In this document: in pieces, positions 17,822 through 23,972 of the stretch
How positions within the stretch are numbered: position 1 is the first letter of the stretch
How the letters are laid out: each line of letters starts with the position of its first letter
Source of the DNA: a virus
Lineage: Duplodnaviria > Caudoviricetes
Reading direction: 5' to 3' (one strand)
IMG/VR virus record: IMGVR_UViG_3300022719_000071
Span: 256,001 to 320,000 of that record
DNA: 64,000 nt
Translations under genes and position numbers: made by a program
The notes under the pieces: model-generated
Told to the model about the DNA's origin: nothing
The model's database searches: none
Seen by the model: only the letters and a program-made list of their open reading frames with translations

Positions 17822-17912
17822 GGAAGGGCTACCGGATAGGAGACCGGCGCAGTCTTGAAAACTGTTTGAGCCAGCAACGGCTTTGTGGGTTCGAATCCCA
17901 CCCCTTCCGCCA
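17822..17912 (+). tRNA. tRNA-Ser(TGA)
   Basis: Long variable arm, CT-TGA-AA, G73-CCA. Confidence 0.95.
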
Positions 17913-18000
17913 GATGACTTTCATAGAAGTAACTCGTTGACAAGCTGAACAAGCGTTACTACATTCAAATTGCATTGCGAACGTGACTTGAGCAACGGTA

Positions 18001-18588
18001 ATGACAGTCCATCCATATGACCATCTGACGACTTCCATAGCACAAACTCGTTATGCAATGGCAGCAAACTTTCTTAATGACTGTCGGTTGGTTCTGGAAA
18101 TTGGTGGTAGCAGGTACTGTTCTATTGATTCTTTCATGACCGACGAAAGAGAACGAGTCTTAGTCGTTGGAAATGACATCCTCGATATGGAAGTCTGGGA
18201 AGATGGAGTTCGCTACTTCAACAATTCTGTTGAAGATTTCCCATTCGGCCAACATCTAAACGGATATAATGAGGGTAATATTGGACTCTGTATCCTTGGC
18301 TTAGAACTACTTCCCAAGCAACCTGACACCGATCCTTTAGCGGTACTCATTAGTGAGATCCATCGTTTTGACAAAGTGGTAATAGACTACGTTACAACCA
18401 ACGAACTGGCTTCTCGACAGAGCATTATCTTGTCCGGTGCATTACAAGCTGCGGATATTGAGTTAGTAATCGATATGGTGTTTGAGTGGCAATTCGACCG
18501 TAAGTATTTTGTAACCAAAGAAGCTCAGGGTTTAGAGCCTAGCCCGAGCTTCTTCAGGCAACGCAGGCTCATGGTATTTGAACGATGA
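18001..18588 (+). CDS. Hypothetical protein, possibly methyltransferase fold
   Basis: VLEIGG motif; otherwise unrecognised. Confidence 0.55.
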   Translation: MTVHPYDHLTTSIAQTRYAMAANFLNDCRLVLEIGGSRYCSIDSFMTDERERVLVVGNDILDMEVWEDGVRYFNNSVEDFPFGQHLNGYNEGNIGLCILGLELLPKQPDTDPLAVLISEIHRFDKVVIDYVTTNELASRQSIILSGALQAADIELVIDMVFEWQFDRKYFVTKEAQGLEPSPSFFRQRRLMVFER

Positions 18589-19022
18589 GACATATACTAG
18601 CACTGATACTACTAGCTGCATTTTGTATTCCAGCACAAGCTGATGAACCAAATCTCACAGTCTACGCATTAGGCAATAATCGATGCGAAGGATGTGGAGA
18701 ATTCTCTTTGTTCGTGGGTCGCTTCTACGACGAAACGAAGTGGGCAAAGCTAGCCAAACTGGAGCGTGTGACCATAGACCAAAGAACTCCGCAATTAATC
18801 CCGTCCTGGTACAAAGAAGCATTTCTGGATGGCAGAACTTCGAAACCAGGACATCTACCGATGTTCATGATTTGGGCCAAAACAACCAAGTATCCAGAGA
18901 AAGGACGTGAGATCGGTCGGTTCTATGGATTCGAAGGTGGAGCCGGTGAATGGTACATCAACCTCGAACTTATGTTGGATGCTATCACGACACGGATGAA
19001 GGATGGGGTTTTTCAAGAATGA
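18585..19022 (+). CDS. Secreted thioredoxin-like (CxxC) protein
   Basis: Signal peptide (AQA-DE), RCEGC, REIGRFYGF. Confidence 0.5.
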   Translation: MRHILALILLAAFCIPAQADEPNLTVYALGNNRCEGCGEFSLFVGRFYDETKWAKLAKLERVTIDQRTPQLIPSWYKEAFLDGRTSKPGHLPMFMIWAKTTKYPEKGREIGRFYGFEGGAGEWYINLELMLDAITTRMKDGVFQE

Positions 19023-19474
19023 GTGATGAGCTAAATCTGGAAATTCTTCCAGATAGCGATCCACGACTGCATACTAAGAGCGAGGTCGTGAACATTTACA
19101 AAGAGCCAGATCTTCGAGCTATCATCGAAGAGATGTTCCGTTTGATGCTGAAGCATGATGGCATGGGTCTTGCTGCGCCACAGGTTGGTATCAACAAGCG
19201 ATTCTTCATCATGTTTCATGAGAACAAGCTACACGTATGCATCAACCCATCCATTATCAAGAAAGCACGGGAACTTGAAGTGGACAGAGAAGGGTGTTTG
19301 TCGTTCCCTGGTTTGACCCTAAATATCCAAAGGCCCAAAGATGTCCGTGTAGCTTTTCAGGACATCTTGGGTCACCGACAGAAGAAAAAGTTCACTGGCA
19401 TCTTAGCCCGATGCTTTCAGCATGAACTCGATCATCTGAACGGCATTGTTTTCACGGAGAAAGCGAACGAGTAA
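19019..19474 (+). CDS. def: Peptide deformylase
   Basis: GMGLAAPQVG, EGCLS, QHELDHL. Confidence 0.97.
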   Translation: MSDELNLEILPDSDPRLHTKSEVVNIYKEPDLRAIIEEMFRLMLKHDGMGLAAPQVGINKRFFIMFHENKLHVCINPSIIKKARELEVDREGCLSFPGLTLNIQRPKDVRVAFQDILGHRQKKKFTGILARCFQHELDHLNGIVFTEKANE

Positions 19475-19475
19475 A

Positions 19476-19796
19476 ATGGCTGTGTTCAATATCATAGATG
19501 GACGAACTAATGAATTTAATCCCAACTGTGATGTTGTCTTCGAAGTTTTCGCTGATGATTGGACAGACTACAACCTTCCCGCTAACACAAAAGACTTCAC
19601 CGAATGGGTTACAAACACTAGTATCTACAGCGCACTCATGGTTGGAATGAAGTTCTCTGGATGTGTTACGATCTACTTCTATGACGAAGGTATGGTACCT
19701 CGTGATCATGGATACCTTGCCGCCGTTCATCCCAAGCTCAAGAAACATCAACTGAACATGGTACGGTATGATCCAAAGCTATTGAGAAACTATTGA
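19476..19796 (+). CDS. Hypothetical protein
   Basis: ORF in operon. Confidence 0.55.
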   Translation: MAVFNIIDGRTNEFNPNCDVVFEVFADDWTDYNLPANTKDFTEWVTNTSIYSALMVGMKFSGCVTIYFYDEGMVPRDHGYLAAVHPKLKKHQLNMVRYDPKLLRNY

Positions 19797-20083
19797 TGCT
19801 AACGAAAGTCGAAGTTCATAACGACTGGATGTTCATCGACTCTGTAGCAGAGAGTATCGAAGATTGCCTGGACAACGATTGGGCCTCGGAAGGAGTTGAT
19901 TACACCTGGGTAAACCCTAAAGTTCTACGATTGTTGATTCCTCCGAAGGTATCCTATGCCGAGGTAATCGAGGACATTAGTAGACTAATAGTTCAACACC
20001 AGGATTCTATGACCTTCATTCCCATTCGACTCATTCGACCTTTTTCCATCCAACCCCTTGACATCCTACCCCTGGAATGGTAA
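19793..20083 (+). CDS. Hypothetical protein
   Basis: ORF in operon. Confidence 0.5.
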   Translation: MMLTKVEVHNDWMFIDSVAESIEDCLDNDWASEGVDYTWVNPKVLRLLIPPKVSYAEVIEDISRLIVQHQDSMTFIPIRLIRPFSIQPLDILPLEW

Positions 20084-20121
20084 ATTACCCACGTCGCTCG
20101 GGACAATAACTCTCCTGGGAT

Positions 20122-20161
20122 GACACATAGATTAACCTAGACACGTAGATTAACTTAGACA
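20122..20161. repeat. Tandem 18-bp repeat (GACACRTAGATTAACYTA, about 2.2 copies)
   Basis: Read directly. Confidence 0.8.
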
Positions 20162-20315
20162 AAGATATTAACGGAGACAAAGAGAAACACGACCGGAAAC
20201 ATTGAATTCAAAGCGGTCTCCTATGCGTAGATGATTGGGTAGAGACCGGCCCGTAGAAAATGACAAACAGGTGTTTCCAACAAGGTCGTACCCCGCAATG
20301 GGAGGAGTGGGTGAG

Positions 20316-20472
20316 GAAGCCGGGGGGGTAAAACCCCCGGCGACCTCTAACTGAAACGAAACAGGCAAAAAGCCAAAGGAGGACGCCTTCTAAACGCAAA
20401 GCAACGTGAAAGCCGTTATTTTGATTAAAGAAGTTGTTTGAAACAGGTGAAGCCGGGGGGTAAAACCCCCGG
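20316..20472. repeat. Two dispersed copies of hairpin GAAGCC-G6/7-TAAAA-C5-GG (20316-20340, 20449-20472)
   Basis: Read directly. Confidence 0.85.
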
Positions 20473-20484
20473 TGGATCCAAACC

Positions 20485-20515
20485 TTGACTTTTGAATGAG
20501 AAGGTACTATAAATA
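20485..20515 (+). promoter_or_regulatory. Dual promoter (sigma70 -35/-10 overlapping T4-late TATAAATA) for the tRNA cluster
   Basis: TTGACT-17 nt-TATAAA; TATAAATA at 20508-15. Confidence 0.75.
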
Positions 20516-20520
20516 CTACC

Positions 20521-20571
20521 ATGAACATTCGACGCCACAAATTTCATAATAACCGCATTAGCATCAGCTAA
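20521..20571 (+). CDS. Candidate leaderless leader peptide MNIRRHKFHNNRISIS
   Basis: ATG at the predicted +1; 10 of 15 codons decoded by tRNAs of the downstream cluster. Confidence 0.5.
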   Translation: MNIRRHKFHNNRISIS

Positions 20572-20697
20572 GCCACGGCATCGTCTTGCCCTGGCTCAGC
20601 GAAGTCGGGGAAAGCCCTCACCAACCTCCCTCCCAGACTATAAACCCAACATGGTGACCCCTTTCCGGGGGTAACAGAGTGGTGATGACATAACAAT

Positions 20698-20774
20698 GTC
20701 CCTGTAGCTCAACTGGACAGAGCACCGGTCTACGAAACCGAAGGTTAGAGGTTCGAATCCTCTCAGGGATGCCA
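20698..20774 (+). tRNA. tRNA-Arg(ACG)
   Basis: Cloverleaf, CT-ACG-AA, CCA. Confidence 0.95.
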
Positions 20775-20783
20775 AGAGAAAAG

Positions 20784-20861
20784 CCTGGGGTGGCTCGTCT
20801 GGTAGAAGGCACCCGCCTGATAAGCGGGTACAGGAAGGTTCGATTCCTTCCCCCAGGACCA
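20784..20861 (+). tRNA. tRNA-Ile(GAT)
   Basis: CCTGGGG/CCCCAGG acceptor, CT-GAT-AA, CCA. Confidence 0.92.
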
Positions 20862-20870
20862 AACAAGCAT

Positions 20871-20988
20871 TGCTTGAACTGGGGTTGAAAGTAGGCAAGG
20901 TAAGTGATCATAGCCGTGCTGAGGATAGACCGGGGAATGACCCTCGTTGCAGAGTCGGCGTTGGAAGTACAGAGCCCCCACCCAAGCA
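20871..20988 (+). ncRNA. Candidate ~118-nt structured RNA between tRNAs
   Basis: Ends pair (TGCTTG/CAAGCA, GGGGTT/AGCCCC); distal GCCG/CGGC and GAGG/CCTC stems. Confidence 0.4.
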
Positions 20989-20992
20989 TTAT

Positions 20993-21069
20993 GCCTCCGT
21001 AGCTCAGTTGTATAGAGCGTCTGGCTTCGAACCAGAAGGTCGTGGGTTAGAGTCCTACCGGGGGTGCCA
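20993..21069 (+). tRNA. tRNA-Arg(TCG)
   Basis: Cloverleaf, CT-TCG-AA, T loop TTAGAGT, CCA. Confidence 0.92.
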
Positions 21070-21127
21070 AAACGGCAGGGAACGTCGCCGTAAACAAGAC
21101 GTGACAAGCGGGAGAGACCGCAGCAAT

Positions 21128-21200
21128 GGTGAAGTTAAGATAGCGGTTAATCCTCCGCACTGTGACTGCGGCTACACCGGTTCGAATCCGGTACTTCACC
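21128..21200 (+). tRNA. tRNA-His(GTG)
   Basis: G-1:C73, CT-GTG-AC loop; CCA not encoded (CCG). Confidence 0.9.
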
Positions 21201-21333
21201 CCGAATTTGGGATTGTAGCAAATGTTGGCTTGCTCCCGGCTCTTAACTAGTAAACAGTTTAAGACACAGAGGAATTCGATAGATACAAACGCCAGAGACG
21301 AATAATCGTTCCTGGGAAACAAGTAATAGAAAT

Positions 21334-21409
21334 GGACTCGTAGCTCAATTGGCAGAGCACCCGGCTCTTAACCCGGGGGTTGCAGGATCGTTGCCTGCCG
21401 AGTCCACCA
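21334..21409 (+). tRNA. tRNA-Lys(CTT), atypical T loop
   Basis: CT-CTT-AA; T loop ATCGTTG; CCA. Confidence 0.88.
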
Positions 21410-21414
21410 AACAT

Positions 21415-21489
21415 GGCTCTGTAGCTGAGATGGATTAGCGCCTGTCTGAAGAACAGGAGAGGTTGGTTCGATTCCAACCGGAGCCACCA
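21415..21489 (+). tRNA. tRNA-Phe(GAA)
   Basis: CT-GAA-GA loop, CCA. Confidence 0.92.
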
Positions 21490-21494
21490 AACAT

Positions 21495-21563
21495 GGGTCG
21501 ATTGTGACTGATTATCGTTCTCACAAGGCCGTGGTCGTGGGTTAGAGTCCCACCTTACCTCTA
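21495..21563 (+). pseudogene. Degenerate tRNA
   Basis: Intact T arm GTGGG-TTAGAGT-CCCAC but broken D, anticodon and acceptor pairing. Confidence 0.55.
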
Positions 21564-21623
21564 CAATGGGTAAGGTAGATCACGTAAAAACGTCGGTTAC
21601 GCCCACTTATCCGTGTTTGATTT

Positions 21624-21699
21624 GGGTCCATAGCTCAATTGGCAGAGCTGCTGACTCTTAATCAGTAGGTTGGAGGTTCGAGTCCTCCTGGACCCACCA
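21624..21699 (+). tRNA. tRNA-Lys(CTT)
   Basis: Canonical cloverleaf, CCA. Confidence 0.95.
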
Positions 21700-21751
21700 A
21701 GGAGATGCAATGCTGACTTGATCAATTGGCACTCGGTTATGCAGTGACGAT

Positions 21752-21868
21752 GGGATCGTAGTTCAACGGTAGAATACTGGACTTTTACACTTCGGGGTGG
21801 CAAATTTAATTGGATGCGGCTCCGTCTAATCCAGGAGATGTGGGTTCGAATCCACGCCGGTCCCACCA
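21752..21868 (+). tRNA. tRNA-Lys(TTT) with 41-nt insertion (21788-21828) in the anticodon loop
   Basis: GGGATCG/CGGTCCC acceptor, D arm, CTGGA/TCCAG anticodon stem, CT-TTT-A[insert]A, CCA; T stem slightly irregular. Confidence 0.8.
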
Positions 21869-22142
21869 AAGCTCAATGGGCAAAGTCATGAGACACTAGT
21901 AGGAAACTGCCCGAGAAGCGTATGTGAGTCGTAGCGGTCTCTACGAACAAGCGAGTTGCGCTTGACTTACAATGGTGAACGTAATATGATTTACTTGAAC
22001 AGAATTCGAGCACGCTGAGGTAACATTCAAGCAGGATGTAGAGAAGAAGTTCTACGGTAAGTGCCGCTGTCCTGAAGCTCACATTCCAACCGAGAGGGTA
22101 ATGAAGACGTTGTGTGAGAAGCACAACCTTTAGGAGAGAACG

Positions 22143-22541
22143 ATGGCAAAGAAGACTGTCCGTAGAAAGGCTACCGATCCAAAGATGCTTACCATCAGGA
22201 AGGACATCGATCTCAGCCATTTGAATTCCAGTCCGTTATCCCACGTCATCAAAACACTTCAGGAACTTGCGGACAGCGAGGGTTGCGATCCGGACTTGTC
22301 TCACGTAGAGTTTGAATACGAGCGTGGATACTACGATGAGTTATCCATAACACTAATGGTGCACGCAGTACACGAAAGATTGGAAACTGAGAAGGAAGTG
22401 GAGAAGCGGATCGAACAGGCACGCAAGACTCGTGAGAGTAGGAAGAGAGCCAAGGAGGAGCAAAAGGCCAAGGAGATCATGGAACGTGATCGACTACTGG
22501 AAAGGTATCCATTGGACACTGTGCCACCTGTGATGGACTAA
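22143..22541 (+). CDS. Hypothetical protein
   Basis: AGGAG SD; charged C-terminal coil. Confidence 0.7.
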   Translation: MAKKTVRRKATDPKMLTIRKDIDLSHLNSSPLSHVIKTLQELADSEGCDPDLSHVEFEYERGYYDELSITLMVHAVHERLETEKEVEKRIEQARKTRESRKRAKEEQKAKEIMERDRLLERYPLDTVPPVMD

Positions 22542-22777
22542 TAAATATACATCACACGAATAGGAGGAACCCAGAATGGGAAGTACACGATTACAGATTA
22601 TCTCTGGTGTCTCCTGTTCCACAGGAAGTACCACCGTCGTATTGTATATCATATAATGCCCGGGAAAAAGCTTCGAGTGAGTGAGTGCAAGAAATGTCAT
22701 GCACAGTTCTTGCGTGAACGAGTTGAAGATGTAATCTAATGCGGTGAAAGCATTTAAGTAATTATAAATACAACTGA

Positions 22778-22851
22778 AGGAAGGTAACTCAGTCGGTCAG
22801 AGTTCTCGTCTTATAAGCGAGCGGTCGTGGGTTCGAGTCCCACCCTTCCTA
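22778..22851 (+). tRNA. tRNA-Ile(TAT)
   Basis: AGGAAGG/CCTTCCT acceptor, CTCGT-CT-TAT-AA-GCGAG arm; TATAAATA at 22763-70; CCA not encoded. Confidence 0.88.
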
Positions 22852-22884
22852 CTATTATACTGATTTGCATTCACTCATTTATTT

Positions 22885-22911
22885 GGGTTCGACTCCTCGG
22901 GGGGCGTACCA
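22885..22911 (+). pseudogene. tRNA 3' fragment (T loop to ACCA)
   Basis: GGGTTCGACTCCTCGGGGGGCGTACCA with no 5' half. Confidence 0.55.
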
Positions 22912-22947
22912 CTTGACTGAAGCAATGGAAAAACATATCTTCACGAT

Positions 22948-23199
22948 ATGATAGTCATCAAAATAGAACTGTGGCCTTTAGGATTTGAGTCCCGCAAAAA
23001 GGAACTTGGTCGCATGCACATCATCAACAAGGGCAGTGGGTCACTGATTCGTGGTGACTATAGTGTCAAGGTGATGAGGCGTGGCACCAAAGATAAGGTT
23101 CAGCGAACTGGTGAGGTTACCAGCTATCCTCGTGAATCCTATAGCGTATGGCGTCTTGTCATGCGTGCTTTGAAATCAGCATTCCCGGAAGAGAAATGA
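22948..23199 (+). CDS. Hypothetical protein
   Basis: MIVIKIELWPLG...VWRLVMRAL, a recurrent phage pattern. Confidence 0.7.
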   Translation: MIVIKIELWPLGFESRKKELGRMHIINKGSGSLIRGDYSVKVMRRGTKDKVQRTGEVTSYPRESYSVWRLVMRALKSAFPEEK

Positions 23200-23513
23200 G
23201 CAAAGAAATAACCCGAGTAGAACTACCCGTAGGTAATTACCGGCTGAGTCGTGAAAGAGATGGTGCTGGAGATTCTGGTCTATTCTTGGAAGCGTTCGAT
23301 TGGGACAACCCAACCGCCGATCACGAGAAAAGAGTAATCGAGGTTGGAAAGGGTGTTCGTTGCGGATCGTTGTATACCAGAACGATGCAAGAACAGGATT
23401 GGTGGTTGACCACTGCTGTCAAGGAAATTTTGGAAGTTTCCGATGATGGGAAGATGGTCAAGTTCCTAACCGAAAGCCGAAACAACAGCACATATATCGT
23501 AACGGTAACCTAA
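23196..23513 (+). CDS. Hypothetical protein
   Basis: ATGA-coupled ORF. Confidence 0.65.
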   Translation: MSKEITRVELPVGNYRLSRERDGAGDSGLFLEAFDWDNPTADHEKRVIEVGKGVRCGSLYTRTMQEQDWWLTTAVKEILEVSDDGKMVKFLTESRNNSTYIVTVT

Positions 23514-23688
23514 GATTTACGAGATCGACGAAAAGTACACTACCCAGACTTGTTCGAGTTGCGGAGTGATATCTGACAACAGTTCGAAAGGTAGAGCAGG
23601 TTTAGGAATAAGAGAATGGACCTGTTGTTGTGGAGCGTTGCACTGGCAGTGCTCTGGGCACTGGAGAACGGATACATTATTAACGTAG
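23509..23688 (+). mobile_element. tnpB: IS200/IS605 TnpB C-terminal remnant
   Basis: EIDEKYTTQTCSSCG...KGRAGLGIREWTCCCGALH zinc finger; RuvC-III DRDxNAA and all upstream domains missing. Confidence 0.8.
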
Positions 23689-23701
23689 GAGGATAGACAT
23701 C

Positions 23702-23806
23702 ATGCCAGCACGTGTAGGACTCAAGCCCCGGCATCACGGTCGTCGCAAGAAGGGTTCTCGCAAGCGCCGTCGCAACAGCGCTGCCGCCCGCAAGCGGGGT
23801 CGTTAA
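23702..23806 (+). CDS. 34-aa very basic peptide MPARVGLKPRHHGRRKKGSRKRRRNSAAARKRGR
   Basis: AGGAGG SD at 23687-92; followed by long hairpin and U tract. Confidence 0.7.
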   Translation: MPARVGLKPRHHGRRKKGSRKRRRNSAAARKRGR

Positions 23807-23813
23807 GCCAACC

Positions 23814-23882
23814 GAGATTTTACGAGTTCTCGTAGTAGAACGCATTCGGCTTCGAGGGCTCGTAATCTCCGATTCTCTTTTT
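23814..23882 (+). terminator. Long hairpin/terminator
   Basis: GAGATTTTACGAG/CTCGTAATCTC stem then TTTTT. Confidence 0.5.
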
Positions 23883-23972
23883 CAAGTTCCTTTACTTTCC
23901 TATCGAGTGAATTCCGCTCCGATAAGCATTCCCTGAGTATAGCACCGATTCTTCGCAGACGTTCGTTTTTTG

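Noticed and set aside
20871-20988. SRP (4.5S) RNA, 5S rRNA or hammerhead ribozyme
   Set aside because: The 3' end resembles E. coli 4.5S and the length resembles 5S, but the SRP helix-8 motif and 5S loop C/E motifs are absent. CTGAGGA and GAAA are present but stems II and III cannot form.
21788-21828. Archaeal-type bulge-helix-bulge intron or group I intron
   Set aside because: Bases 32-35 (CTTT) cannot pair with the intron 3' end (CGTC); 41 nt is far too short for a group I intron and there is no terminal G.
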